From contig OY771587.1 of NCBI GenBank assembly GCA_963674825.1, positions 2,400,001 to 2,464,000 on the forward strand: DNA of 64,000 nucleotides, given 5' to 3'. A model generated the notes under the pieces. That model was not told the DNA's origin, did no database searches, and worked only from the letters and a program-made list of their open reading frames with translations. Source of the stretch: Candidatus Cloacimonadales bacterium (lineage in GTDB: Bacteria > Cloacimonadota > Cloacimonadia > Cloacimonadales > JAIOQZ01). This document shows, piece by piece, positions 20,631-32,087 of this stretch (positions are counted from its first letter, which is position 1; every line of letters begins with the position of its first letter). The position numbers were made by a program, and so were the translations under genes.

Positions 20631-23600
20631 ATGTCTATCGTTAAATTCTCCGTCAACAATCCCGTGCTTGTGAACATGGCCATGATCATCGTGTTCATTC
20701 TGGGGTTTATTACGCTGAACCAAATACCCAAAGAAGAGATGCCGGCTGTTGATTTCGGGTCCTTCATCGTGATCGTGACATATCCCGGTGTGTCACCTTC
20801 CGAGATGGAACAGCTGGTCGTAAATAAAATCGAAGACGAGATTTCGGATGTCGATGACATCGACGAGATTACTTCAACGGCCTCCGAGGGCAGTGCACTC
20901 CTGTTCATCAAGTTCCTGCCCAACGCGGATATCGATAAGGCATGGGACGATCTCAACACCGAGCTCGACAAGGTGAACGATCTTCCCGACGATGCTAACG
21001 ATCCCGTGGTGATCCGTCTCAATATGCGGGAAGTCAATCCGATCTGTACGGTGGTTCTCGGTGGCGATTTTTCCGGTAACGGTATTCGCGAGATAGCTGA
21101 AGATCTACAAGATGAGATCCTCGACATGGATAACATTTCCAAGGTCAATATTAACGGTACACGAGAGCGCGAAATCTGGGTCGAGGGCGATCTCGACAAG
21201 CTGGATCAATACGGCCTGAGCCTGAGCAGTCTTTCATCCGCGATCAGGCTGCGAAACATGAATGTTCCCGGTGGTGATATCCAGTTTGGCGATGTTGATT
21301 TCATCGTCCGCACCACTGGTGAATTCGAATCCACGCAGGATATCGAGGAACTGATTATCCGCATGGACGAGAATGGTCGAGGAATTAGAGTTCGCGATGT
21401 AGCGACAGTGATTGATACACTCGAAGAGCAGTCTATCATCTCCAAGCTCGATCAAAAACCCGCTGTTTCCATGTCGATATTCAAAAAGGGAGAAGGCAAC
21501 ATCATCACCATCAATGACGATGTTCGCAAGACTGTCGCGGATTTCCAGAAACGGGTTCCAGGACTCAATGCCAGTATCCGCAACGATGGCTCGATCGATG
21601 TGAGGAATTCGCTTAAGACTCTCGGTGGCAACGCTGTCCTTGGTATTACCCTGGTGTTTTTCCTCTTATGGCTCTTTATCGGTGTCCGAAACGCGATCTA
21701 CGCAAGCCTTGGTATCCCGTTTAGCTTCCTGCTGGCGTTCATCATGATGAACATCTTCGGGCTGACCGTGAACACACTGTCCCTCTTCGCACTGGTTCTG
21801 GTACTGGGTATGATTGTGGACGACGCAATTATTGTGCTCGAAAACGTCTATCGGCACATTGAAATGGGATATTCTGCCAAAGAAGCGGCGGTTCTCGGCG
21901 CTCAGGAAATTTTATGGCCGGTTGTAGCAGCGGTTACGACTACAGCTGCAGCATTCATGCCTATGTTGATGATGCAGGGTATGATGGGTAAATTCATGAG
22001 AGTGTTCCCTATCGTGGTGACACTGGCTCTTGCTGCGTCACTTTTCGAAGCACTGCTCATCCTTCCTTCACATATCGCAGAGTGGGACGGACTTTTCCGT
22101 CGAAAAAAGAAGACTAAACAAGAAGATATTCCTGCCCAGCCCAAGCAGAAGAACAAAGTGATGCGGTTCATGCTTCGTCGCTATACAAAACTACTCAAGT
22201 CCGCACTGCACCATCGCTGGGTTACAATGGGAATCGTTCTGGCATCGGTTGTCGTGGCTGGGCTGATGTTCGGTACCCTGCAAATGCAGTTCTTCCCGAA
22301 ATCACGCTCCAAGACGATTGTGTTGCAGCTTCAAACGCCACTTGGAACAAATCTCGATAAGACCAACGAGGTTGTGTCCAAAATCGAAGAATACATCTTG
22401 AATATGCCTGAGCATGTCGATGTTGAAGCCATCGTAACTACGGTAGGAAAGATGGAGAATAACCATCGCAGCGATGAGGCAACCTCCAATGCGGAGCTCA
22501 AGATCGACCTTGTGGACTTGAATGACATGCAATATACGCACGACCAGATTAAACAGTCGATTCGTACCTATCTTAGTGAACTTGCCGGAATTTACAGCAG
22601 CAATTTCACAGAAACTACCGAAGGTCCACCTACTGGTAACGACATTGAACTTCGTATTTCCGGTGATAATCTCGATCGTCTTCAGTATCTTTCTACGCTA
22701 GTTCAAAATGAATTGAAGAAGATACCAGGTGTCGAGGACATCAACGACTCCTTCCAGCCCGGTAAGGATGAAATCACGATTCAGCCCCGGCTGGAAAAAT
22801 TCGCGATGTACGGACTCACAGTATCAGGCGTATCTTCAACGGTTCGCATGGCGATTGACGGCGCAGCAGTGTCGGTGTATCGAGGCTCGGGAATCGACGA
22901 GTACGACATATTAGTGAGGGCGAAGGAAGATCAAATCGACAGGTTGAGTGACCTTGAGAACCTTAAGCTCATGACCTCTTCTGGTGCGCTTGTTTCCCTG
23001 AAGGAAGTGGCGGACCTGGTATCGGCAACGAGCCTCTCGGAAATACACCACTACAACGAGAAGCGCGTGGTGACCATCACCGGGGCCAACGGAACTTACG
23101 AAGTTGACGGTGTGATGAAGAACAGAACCACTTCTGAAGTGATGGAAGCTCTCTTCGGAAACGAAATGAAAGGAACCAAGGGAACGCTCTCTACCTTCGA
23201 ACAACGCTTCCCTGGTTATCGGATCGAAACCGGTGGTGTAGCCCAGGAGCAGTCAAAATCGTATTCATCTCTGTTCAGGGCATTTCTGGTTGCTATCCTC
23301 TTGATCTTCACCATCCTGGCAGCGCAGTTCCGATCCTACGTACAACCGCTGATCGTTATGCTGGCGATCCCGTTCAGCTTGATCGGCGTTGTATTCGGTC
23401 TGTTCGTGACCCAGCTACCGTTCTCGCTCAATGCGCTTGTCGCTATTGTGGCACTGGCGGGTGTTGTGGTGAACGATTCGCTAGTGTTGGTGGACTTCGT
23501 TAACCGCGAACGCGCCAGAGGAATCAACCGCTGGCAATCGTTGATCAACGCAGGACGTACACGTCTTCGCCCGATTATCCTTACAACCGTAACGACCATC

Positions 23601-23843
23601 ATCGGCGTTCTTCCCATGGTGCTTTCCACCTCCGAAACAGCGAGTGACTGGAAGCCTATGGCAGTGTGTATGGTTTTCGGACTCGGATTCGCTACTCTGC
23701 TTACGTTGCTGGTGATTCCGGTGTTCTACTCGTTCGTCGATTCCATCTTCGGAAAACTCGGTGCGACACGCTTCAAATCACACATCAGCTTCGAAGAAGC
23801 GATGGAAGAAGCCATGGAAAAGGGCTGGGACGAGGAAGATTGA
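20631..23843 (+). CDS. RND efflux permease (AcrB/AcrD/AcrF family)
   Basis: 'YPGVSPSEMEQLV', 'GMIVDDAIIVLEN', 'GVVVNDSLVLVD', 'RLRPIILT'; GGAG RBS before ATG at 20631. Confidence 0.96.
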   Translation: MSIVKFSVNNPVLVNMAMIIVFILGFITLNQIPKEEMPAVDFGSFIVIVTYPGVSPSEMEQLVVNKIEDEISDVDDIDEITSTASEGSALLFIKFLPNADIDKAWDDLNTELDKVNDLPDDANDPVVIRLNMREVNPICTVVLGGDFSGNGIREIAEDLQDEILDMDNISKVNINGTREREIWVEGDLDKLDQYGLSLSSLSSAIRLRNMNVPGGDIQFGDVDFIVRTTGEFESTQDIEELIIRMDENGRGIRVRDVATVIDTLEEQSIISKLDQKPAVSMSIFKKGEGNIITINDDVRKTVADFQKRVPGLNASIRNDGSIDVRNSLKTLGGNAVLGITLVFFLLWLFIGVRNAIYASLGIPFSFLLAFIMMNIFGLTVNTLSLFALVLVLGMIVDDAIIVLENVYRHIEMGYSAKEAAVLGAQEILWPVVAAVTTTAAAFMPMLMMQGMMGKFMRVFPIVVTLALAASLFEALLILPSHIAEWDGLFRRKKKTKQEDIPAQPKQKNKVMRFMLRRYTKLLKSALHHRWVTMGIVLASVVVAGLMFGTLQMQFFPKSRSKTIVLQLQTPLGTNLDKTNEVVSKIEEYILNMPEHVDVEAIVTTVGKMENNHRSDEATSNAELKIDLVDLNDMQYTHDQIKQSIRTYLSELAGIYSSNFTETTEGPPTGNDIELRISGDNLDRLQYLSTLVQNELKKIPGVEDINDSFQPGKDEITIQPRLEKFAMYGLTVSGVSSTVRMAIDGAAVSVYRGSGIDEYDILVRAKEDQIDRLSDLENLKLMTSSGALVSLKEVADLVSATSLSEIHHYNEKRVVTITGANGTYEVDGVMKNRTTSEVMEALFGNEMKGTKGTLSTFEQRFPGYRIETGGVAQEQSKSYSSLFRAFLVAILLIFTILAAQFRSYVQPLIVMLAIPFSLIGVVFGLFVTQLPFSLNALVAIVALAGVVVNDSLVLVDFVNRERARGINRWQSLINAGRTRLRPIILTTVTTIIGVLPMVLSTSETASDWKPMAVCMVFGLGFATLLTLLVIPVFYSFVDSIFGKLGATRFKSHISFEEAMEEAMEKGWDEED

Positions 23844-23894
23844 TCAGTCATAGATAGCCGACAATAACAAGAAAAGATAGTCATGAACAAATTT

Positions 23895-23930
23895 GGGCAG
23901 ATCATTGCATCTGCCCTTTCTTTTTCTTTC
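23895..23930 (+). terminator. Rho-independent terminator after the RND operon
   Basis: gggcagat-cattgc-atctgccc followed by a T-rich run. Confidence 0.8.
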
Positions 23931-23935
23931 AGAAA

Positions 23936-24351
<416 letters not shown>

Positions 24352-24352
<1 letters not shown>

Positions 24353-25980
24353 CATTTCAACAGCGTCACCTTCTTCGTCTGGATGACATGACCATCCATC
24401 TTGAGCTTACAGAAGTAGATCCCACTCGCTTTGTCTTTCGGTTTCCAGGGGATGGTAGAAGATAACCCCCTTTTATTCCCCCTTATCAGGGGGATAGGGA
24501 CTGAGTCCACCTTTTGCCCTCGTATATTATAGATTTCTATCGTCAAATCGTGATATTCTGTATCCGTCTTGATCTCGAACGACACCTCCGGATTGAACGG
24601 GTTGGGGTAGGCGTTGAAGGTGATATCAGCCAGCGGAACCGTCTCGTCATCTATCGGATCAAGGTCTTGTTCAACAAGATCCTCATGGCCGCCATAAACG
24701 AACACATGACCAAAATTATTAGGCGAAGAGCTACCCGCATCGCCATAGGCTCCTACAGCGATATCATCGTAGCCGTCGTTATCGAAATCGCCTACGGCAT
24801 GACCACTACTTGTACCATACCCGGGTTCGAATGTATAGCTATTATAGTCCCAAGTGCCGTTCTGGTCACCTATATAAAAATACAGATATCCTGCATCGCC
24901 CGTTGAGATAATATGAGTATCTACCAGATCTCCCTTGCCATCCCCATTGATATCACCGAATGAAGGATTGAAATAGGAATAGAATTCAATATGGCCATAC
25001 CAGTCCCAGTGAATGGTTTCGCCTCCGCGCCACAGGCGACAACCAGGGGAAACACTGCCATCATCGGTAGCGTCGTAATAAGATAGGACAAAGTCATCGT
25101 ACCCATCTCCGTTCCAATCTCCGGCAGGATTAAGTTCATACCATAAATTGAGTGTCGAATAATAATCTAGACTATAATCAGGAGAGGTATCTTGGGTTGT
25201 GCCACCGTAGAAAAAACGATTAAAAAAACACCACAATAACGAACCGTCAGGTTGTTCGATATAATCTGGTTGAAAGTAATAGCTAAAATCATCATAACCG
25301 TCACCATTCACATCGCCAAGACCGCGAAAACCCTTGCCATTTCGTGTATATCTACCTTCCACAAACGTCACCTTCTCGAAGCTGCCGCCATACACGATGG
25401 AGTAGGTAAGGTAGTGATTGCCTTCGGTTATTCCCGCATCATCGTATCCGTCGCCATTGATATCGCCTAAAGGGTGAATTTCAGCCAGATAGTTATTAAC
25501 TTCATATTCGTAATCCGGGATGGTATCGTTAACCGTGTTACCAAGAAGGATTCGGCAAAAATGGTAAGTTTGACGACTACTATCATTGACACTATACTCA
25601 ACGCGGTACCCTATATCATCACAACCATCACCGTTCATATCGCCTAAGTTTTTGATAAAACCCCATGAATCATGATACACAAATGTTGTGTCAACCGGAG
25701 TAGATATCGTCATGTCGGGAGAATCCCCCAAACCATCATCAGAGCCAAAATATATATAAAGCTTGCCTCTTTGGTTTGTATAATTTTCATTCAAGTAGTA
25801 TTGATATGCTGTTACAGCCAAATCATCGATATTATCACCGTTGAAATCAAGCGATTCAACATAATAACCGAAGCAATCACTTGATTGTTCACCTTGCATC
25901 TGCCAGACAACATCGAGCTGGTTTTCGGCGTATTGCAGTACGCTGCTGCTGAGTAAAATCAATATATAAAGGTATCGCAT
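24352..25980 (-). CDS. Secreted FG-GAP/integrin-alpha-like beta-propeller protein with C-terminal FlgD-Ig/T9SS-like domain
   Basis: Repeated GD(I/V/M/W)NGDGxDD motifs; C-terminal 'YPNPFNP...SGIYF...KKVTLLK'. Confidence 0.9.
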
Positions 25981-26114
25981 GATGCCCTCCTATAACAAAC
26001 TGTTGCACTTGCAGGAAATCATGTCAAGAATTGCGATGGGATAATCAATCGCCGGATAAAAATCCCTGTTGACATTTTGTGTCGTGTTGATTGTGTACAC
26101 GCAAAGGAGTCGAA

Positions 26115-26963
26115 ATGAAACGTATCGGAGCACACGTAAGCGCGGCTGGAGGCGTATTCAACGCGCCGCTGAACGCGGAGAAGATCGGAGCAAAAGCCTT
26201 CGCGCTCTTCACCAAAAACCAGAAGCAATGGAAAGCGAAACCGCTGACCGACGAAGATATCCGGATGTTCAAGGCATATTGCGATGAGAGGGGATTCACA
26301 CCGGAGCATATACTCCCGCACGATTCGTACCTGATCAACCTCGGCAACCCGGACGCCGAGAAGCGTGCCAAGTCGCTGGACGCGTTCATCGACGAACTAC
26401 AGCGCTGCGAACAGCTTGGCCTCAAGTATCTGAACTTCCATCCGGGCAGTCATCTGGGGAAAGTCACCGAAGACGAATGTCTGAAGATCATCGCGGATGG
26501 TGTCTCGGAAGCTCTGAGCAAGACCACATCGGCTGTCGCGGTAATCGAGAATACCAGCGGCATGGGGAACCATGTCGGCTACCGGTTCGAGCATCTCGCG
26601 CGCATCATCGAGATGGTTGACCAGAAAGACCGGGTCGGTTTCTGCATCGATACCTGCCACGCATATACCGCCGGGTACGATTTCCGCACACCCGAGGCCT
26701 ACGAAAAAACCATGCATGAGCTGGATAGCATCGTCGGATTACACTACCTGAAGGGAATGCATCTGAACGACACTCAAAAGGCATTGGGCAGTCGCGTCGA
26801 TCGTCACGCCTCCATCGGCGAAGGCGAACTAGGCGTGGAAACCTTCCGGTTGATCGTCAATGATCCGCGCCTGGAAGAGATTCCGCTCATCCTCGAAACA
26901 CCCGACGAAACCATCTGGGACAAGGAGATCGCGCTGCTTTATTCGCTCTCTTCGAACACCTGA
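26115..26963 (+). CDS. nfo: Endonuclease IV
   Basis: [48 protein letters not shown] before ATG at 26115. Confidence 0.97.
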   Translation: MKRIGAHVSAAGGVFNAPLNAEKIGAKAFALFTKNQKQWKAKPLTDEDIRMFKAYCDERGFTPEHILPHDSYLINLGNPDAEKRAKSLDAFIDELQRCEQLGLKYLNFHPGSHLGKVTEDECLKIIADGVSEALSKTTSAVAVIENTSGMGNHVGYRFEHLARIIEMVDQKDRVGFCIDTCHAYTAGYDFRTPEAYEKTMHELDSIVGLHYLKGMHLNDTQKALGSRVDRHASIGEGELGVETFRLIVNDPRLEEIPLILETPDETIWDKEIALLYSLSSNT

Positions 26964-29005
26964 AAATCGATTTCCCAATCCTGCAGGAAGCCTTCCACCT
27001 GCGCCTCTTCGCCAAGCTGAAGCGTACTTTCGCCGTCTTCACGCCAGAGCTCGAGCGTCGCGGTTGTAGCCAGCAATCCCACGACGGTGATTTTCTCGAC
27101 TTCGTGTTGCGTGGACATTTGGGGCTCTGTAAGCGCGATCAGGTGATCCTGCGGGACAAACAGCAGCATCTCATCAAGCTCCGCCTCCACGAAATGGTGG
27201 CCTTCCTGAAGAATCTCCGCGTCGAAATCATCCCATTTCCGCACAGTAAGCATCAGCCAGTTACCTTCCGGAAGATAGACGTAACGTCCGCGTCCGTTTT
27301 GATTGTGGATGGGCGCAACCATCAGCGATTCGCCGATGAAATACTGATCCTCGAATTCCGCCAGGCTCGCGTCGTCGTAATGATACGCCAGCGACCGAAA
27401 AAGCGGCTCTCCATATGCCGCGGCTTTGAGAAACTCCGAATGCAGGTACGGAAGAAGAGCGTAGCGGAAGCGGATGGTGTCGCGCAGGATGCCAAGCGTT
27501 TCGTCGTCAAACTGCCAGGGCTCTTGGACGCGGGTTCCGGCAGCGCTGTGATTGCGGAAAAACGGCGTCATCACGCCAAGCTGCGTCCATCGGATAAGCA
27601 GTTCCGGGCTGACATTGTCGTTGAAGCCACCCACATCGGCACCGCAGAAGAGGAAGCCGCAAAGGTTGAGGTTCTGGATCATGCGTATTTGCAGCAGCAG
27701 GTGTTCCCATCGGCTGCTGTTGTCGCCCGTCCAGATACCGCTGATGCGATGCATGCCGCTGTAGCTGGAGCGTGAGAAGAGGAATTTATCTTCACCGATT
27801 GCCTGGCTCGTAGCTTTGATCATGCCATAGCCGTATAGATTGTGGATGTCCCAGTGGTTGACTCGGTTGCCGTTGTCGTCACGGTGGAACATCGCCTTGA
27901 AATTCTCGGTGTAATTCTGGATATCCTCACAGTTCCAGCGCATGCTGAAAATATCCTGCGGTTTCAGGTCGTCCGGTGTGTGCAACTTGGGTAAGGACTC
28001 GCGGATTCTCTGGAGGCTCTTGTCCGTGCAGAACATGGCGGGTTCGTTCATGTCGCACCAGATACCTTCGATGCCGCTTTCAAGCAGCTTCTCAACATGC
28101 GCCGCCCACCACTGGCGAGTCTTTTCGTTGTGGAAATCCGGCAGGTGTGTCCAGCCGGGCCATACCATCACGCGAAAAGGCCTTCCATCCTCGTCGGTGC
28201 AAAAATATCCGTTTTCAACGCCTTCCCGATAGACTTCGTAATCAGGATCGATCTTCACGCCCGGATCAATGATCGCCACCAAGCGGATGCCTTGCTCCTT
28301 TAATTCATCGACCAGCTTGGGCAAGTTCGGGAAGCGCTCGTCGCTGACGGTGAACACACGGTATCCATCCATGTAGTCGATGTCCATGTGGATGACATCG
28401 ATGGGGATACCATGCTCGCGGTATTTTCCGGCGATCTCGCGGATCGTCTTCTCGTCGGGATAGCTCCACCTGCTCTGGTGGAAACCGAACGCCCACTTCG
28501 GCGGGACGTAAGAAGGGCCGGTAAGACGAATGTATTCGGCTGCGCAATCAGGGATAGAATCGGCCTGCCACAGAAAAAGGTCGAACGCCTCGGACGGGAT
28601 ATCGATGGTAAGAAGATCGCGTCTGGTGAAGCCAATATCGAAATCGACCTGTGATGGGTAATCGACGAACAAACCAAGATTATTCTCGCCACAGATATAG
28701 ATGACTGGGTGCGAGCTATAGAGCGCGTCCTTGTCCGGGTTGTGGTGCGGTTCGTCCACGCACCATGCGCGATAACGGCGTCCGCGTTTGTTCAGCGGCC
28801 CGAGTTGCTCGCCCAGCCCTAGCACGATATCATCGTCGTTCAACGAGATTTCCAACCTTACGCTGCTTTCAGTACGATCGATATGTATATTTGAGTCAAA
28901 GGGATGCTTCTTGCACGGCTCCCAAGGCTCGAGAATCACGGCGTCGGTCTCGATGGGTTTCCCAAACCGCAGCCGGAAAATCTTTCCATTTTGTTGAATG
29001 TTCAT
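26939..29005 (-). CDS. Glycoside hydrolase family 31 (alpha-glucosidase)
   Basis: [22 protein letters not shown], nucleophile WCDMNEP, WTGDN, GADVGGF, FFRNHS. Confidence 0.94.
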   Translation of the reverse strand: MNIQQNGKIFRLRFGKPIETDAVILEPWEPCKKHPFDSNIHIDRTESSVRLEISLNDDDIVLGLGEQLGPLNKRGRRYRAWCVDEPHHNPDKDALYSSHPVIYICGENNLGLFVDYPSQVDFDIGFTRRDLLTIDIPSEAFDLFLWQADSIPDCAAEYIRLTGPSYVPPKWAFGFHQSRWSYPDEKTIREIAGKYREHGIPIDVIHMDIDYMDGYRVFTVSDERFPNLPKLVDELKEQGIRLVAIIDPGVKIDPDYEVYREGVENGYFCTDEDGRPFRVMVWPGWTHLPDFHNEKTRQWWAAHVEKLLESGIEGIWCDMNEPAMFCTDKSLQRIRESLPKLHTPDDLKPQDIFSMRWNCEDIQNYTENFKAMFHRDDNGNRVNHWDIHNLYGYGMIKATSQAIGEDKFLFSRSSYSGMHRISGIWTGDNSSRWEHLLLQIRMIQNLNLCGFLFCGADVGGFNDNVSPELLIRWTQLGVMTPFFRNHSAAGTRVQEPWQFDDETLGILRDTIRFRYALLPYLHSEFLKAAAYGEPLFRSLAYHYDDASLAEFEDQYFIGESLMVAPIHNQNGRGRYVYLPEGNWLMLTVRKWDDFDAEILQEGHHFVEAELDEMLLFVPQDHLIALTEPQMSTQHEVEKITVVGLLATTATLELWREDGESTLQLGEEAQVEGFLQDWEIDFQVFEESE

Positions 29006-29069
29006 GTTGCCTCCATGTTAACAATCCAAATCGATGTGCTTGCTGTCCAGCATTTTCTATCTGCCTGAT

Positions 29070-29097
29070 TTAACAGCAAATTAACACTATGCTAACG
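29070..29097. promoter_or_regulatory. Pho box (three 11-bp-phased direct repeats)
   Basis: TTAACA(29070)-N5-TTAACA(29081)-N5-CTAACG(29092) in the GH31/phoB divergent region. Confidence 0.7.
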
Positions 29098-29177
29098 CAT
29101 GATTTATTCGTCTTTTTTGTTTGACAAAGTACCTTATCTGAAAATTCCTACGAGTAAATTAATGACGGAGGAGTCTT

Positions 29178-29858
29178 GTGGAAAATACGGTCTACATTCT
29201 CGACGACGAAGAAGATATCTTATCGCTTGTGTCACTGAATTTGAAGAAGTCAGGTTTTCATCCTGTCGCGTTCGATAACGCGCGGGACTTTCACAAGGCG
29301 CTTCAGAGCAATATCCCGGCCTTAATCATACTGGATTTGATGCTGCCGAACACCGATGGTATGGAGATTTGTAAAACCCTTCGAAAGGACGAACGCCTCG
29401 CGTCGGTTCCGATTATCATGCTCACCGCGCGTGAAGATGAAATGGATCGCGTGCTGGGCCTGGAACTGGGAGCTGACGACTACGTTACAAAGCCATTCTC
29501 GCCAAGAGAGCTGGTTGCCCGGATCAAAGCGGTATTGCGCAGAGCCAAGCCGGCCACAAAATCGACACGCAAGCTTACGGCTGGTATTCTTACCATGGAT
29601 TTCAATACATACGAGGTCTGGGTAAAGGATGAAAAGGTCGGTCTCACATCGACAGAATTCAGGCTACTTAAGCTTTTGGTCGAGCGTAAAGGATGGGTTT
29701 TCAGCCGCGAGCAGATCCTCGATTACCTCTGGGGTAAAGAGAAGATCGTGATAGACCGCACGGTTGATGTTCATATCAAGAACCTGCGGGAGAAACTTCT
29801 CGAAGCCGGCGACTACATCAAGAACGTCCGGGGTGTCGGATACAAGATCGAAATCTGA
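29178..29858 (+). CDS. phoB: Phosphate regulon response regulator (OmpR/PhoB family)
   Basis: LDLMLP, IMLTAR, GLELGADDYVTKPF, RTVDVHIKNLREKL, VRGVGY; adjacent to the pst operon. Confidence 0.9.
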   Translation: MENTVYILDDEEDILSLVSLNLKKSGFHPVAFDNARDFHKALQSNIPALIILDLMLPNTDGMEICKTLRKDERLASVPIIMLTAREDEMDRVLGLELGADDYVTKPFSPRELVARIKAVLRRAKPATKSTRKLTAGILTMDFNTYEVWVKDEKVGLTSTEFRLLKLLVERKGWVFSREQILDYLWGKEKIVIDRTVDVHIKNLREKLLEAGDYIKNVRGVGYKIEI

Positions 29859-29860
29859 TC

Positions 29861-31612
29861 ATGAACCAGGATTATATTTCCAAAACGGTGTCGCGCAGGA
29901 TAGCGCCAGTAGTGTTCGCTGTGGTTGTATTCATTGTTATTAGCTTGATAACATTGCAGCACCAGCGAAAACGCACTGTTTTCCGCAACCTCAATTCTAT
30001 TGCAACGATTCTCAAGGAAGAACTCAAGAATGTTCAGCCCGATTCGACAATTGTCGAGCTCAAGCAATTCAAAGCCGGCACCTATCGTATCTCGATCATC
30101 GATCGTCACGGTGATGTGATCGCGGATACTTATCCAAATTCCAGCGACATTGCATATCTTTATATGCGTCCGGAGATCGTGCAAGGCTTGAACGGAAATC
30201 CCGATATCCGCGTTCGTAAAAACGCCGGTAAACGGGAGTATTTCTACGTCACACCGTTGCAGTTCGAAGACGATGAGATGAGCCATCTGAAAAGCTTGCT
30301 TTACCTGCAATTCATCGACTCGGAAGCTATCGTGATGCCTTATCTGCCCACGATCCTGAGTTTTTCTGGCGTTGTTCTTCTCCTTGCGCTCATCGTATTC
30401 TATTATCAGGCATATCGCGAGAAGGAATCCCTGGAGAAGGTTGTGGCCTCACTTCATTCGCTGGTGCGCGGTCACTTCTCTTCAGAAATGATTCCACAGG
30501 ATCTGGACAACCTGCGGGAGATACAGGACGAAATCGAAGTCTTGAGCCAGCGCGTAATGCATGATAATTCAGAGCTAAACAGACTCAAACGAATCCAGGA
30601 TACCTTCTTCCGCTTTGTCGACGCGCAAATATGCGTGATCGATTCGGAAGGCAGGATACTTTATACCAGTCGCAAATTCAATCGCATGTTTTCCAATAAG
30701 GAAATTACCGGAAGGTTGCTTTCGGAAGTGGTACGCGACGATACCTTTTCGGAGTTGATCGATAAAACTTTCCAGGATCGTACAAGCCAAACAATGGAGA
30801 TCGCCTGGAATCGCGAATACTACGCGGCCAGCGCGTCGTGGATCGCGGAAGAAAACTGCGTGGCGATCTTTCTCTACAATATCACCGAAATCCGTCATAC
30901 ACAGGCAATGCAACGCGAGTTTATTCAGAATGTATCGCACGAACTCAAGACACCGTTGACATCGATCAAGGGCTTTCTTGAAACCTTGAAGGAAGATATC
31001 GAGGACGAAGAAAACCTGAATTATCTCGCCATTATCGAACGCAACACAAACAGGCTTATCCGCATTATCCAAGACCTCTTCGTACTCACGCGCAACGAGA
31101 GCGACGCAGTCAGCAAGTTCAAGCCGGTCAATCTGGGTAAGATGATCCGCCAGGTAGGCGCAGGGCTGAAAGATGAGATCAACGGTCGCGGCGTAGAGCT
31201 TTCCATCGAGATCGAAGAAGACGAGATGATGGTTCAAGGTGATCTTTTCAAGCTGGAGCAGGTGTTCATCAATCTGATTCGAAATTCCTTGCAATACACC
31301 GAGGAGGGGATGATCCATCTCGGGTGTTTTAGAGAAGGCAATAAAATCAACGCTATCGTCCAGGACACCGGGATCGGCATTCCGGGCAAACACTTGCCGT
31401 TCCTGTTCGATCGCTTTTACGTCGTAGATAAATCGCGCTGCAGGAAATACGGTGGAACCGGCCTGGGGCTCAGCATAGTCAAGCAAATCGTAACGCAACA
31501 TTCGGGTGAAATCGGAATCGAGAGCTCCGTCGGCAAAGGCACGACAGTCACGATCCAGTTCCCCGCTGTGAATATTGACCATGAACAGCTATCAAATGAT
31601 CAGGAAGTGTGA
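29861..31612 (+). CDS. phoR: Phosphate sensor histidine kinase (PAS-HisKA-HATPase)
   Basis: Two TM segments; 'NVSHELKTPLTSIKG', 'DTGIGIP', 'RFYVVDKSR...GGTGLGLSIVK'. Confidence 0.9.
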   Translation: MNQDYISKTVSRRIAPVVFAVVVFIVISLITLQHQRKRTVFRNLNSIATILKEELKNVQPDSTIVELKQFKAGTYRISIIDRHGDVIADTYPNSSDIAYLYMRPEIVQGLNGNPDIRVRKNAGKREYFYVTPLQFEDDEMSHLKSLLYLQFIDSEAIVMPYLPTILSFSGVVLLLALIVFYYQAYREKESLEKVVASLHSLVRGHFSSEMIPQDLDNLREIQDEIEVLSQRVMHDNSELNRLKRIQDTFFRFVDAQICVIDSEGRILYTSRKFNRMFSNKEITGRLLSEVVRDDTFSELIDKTFQDRTSQTMEIAWNREYYAASASWIAEENCVAIFLYNITEIRHTQAMQREFIQNVSHELKTPLTSIKGFLETLKEDIEDEENLNYLAIIERNTNRLIRIIQDLFVLTRNESDAVSKFKPVNLGKMIRQVGAGLKDEINGRGVELSIEIEEDEMMVQGDLFKLEQVFINLIRNSLQYTEEGMIHLGCFREGNKINAIVQDTGIGIPGKHLPFLFDRFYVVDKSRCRKYGGTGLGLSIVKQIVTQHSGEIGIESSVGKGTTVTIQFPAVNIDHEQLSNDQEV

Positions 31613-31616
31613 TTGC

Positions 31617-32087
31617 ATGATTGACCAGAAAGCCATGAGGATGGTGAGAGCCATCGCGGCTCAGTATTCGAAATATGGCGCTTCCTTCGACGACCTGGTT
31701 CAGGAGGGCTTGATAGGATATATGGAAGCTCACAAACGGTATGATCCCACCAAGGGAGCCGGGCTATCTACCTATGCACCTTACTGGGTCAAGAAGAAGA
31801 TCCTCCAATTTCTGGATACCGAGATCAAATTTCGGTCCCGCACGGTAGAGCTCAACGAGGGAGTTGTCAGTGGCGAGATTGCAGAACCAGCAGAAGTGGA
31901 GACCAAAATAAACCTGCCGGACGACATGCCCAGCATCGAGCAGAAGATCATCCGACAGGTGTACGAGGAAAATCGGTCTCTAACCGAGATATCAAATCTT
32001 TTGGGCATCCGCCGGGAGCGCATTCGTCAGATCAAACAGAAGGCAATGCGAAGGCTCCGGCTGTCCGTCGAAGCGGAAGGTTATTAG
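31617..32087 (+). CDS. Small sigma-70 family factor (regions 2 and 4 only)
   Basis: Region 2 'DDLVQEGLIG...YDPTKG..LSTYAPYWVK'; region 4 'SLTEISNLLGIRRERIRQI...AMRRLR'. ATG at 31617 follows the phoR stop. Confidence 0.87.
   Translation: MIDQKAMRMVRAIAAQYSKYGASFDDLVQEGLIGYMEAHKRYDPTKGAGLSTYAPYWVKKKILQFLDTEIKFRSRTVELNEGVVSGEIAEPAEVETKINLPDDMPSIEQKIIRQVYEENRSLTEISNLLGIRRERIRQIKQKAMRRLRLSVEAEGY

Noticed and set aside
15260..23843. Resistance island (Eis, SdpI, RND)
   Set aside because: No integrase, transposase or att sites; these are ordinary chromosomal families.
26939..26963. 25-bp convergent overlap of nfo and GH31
   Set aside because: Short tail-to-tail overlaps are common; no additional signal.
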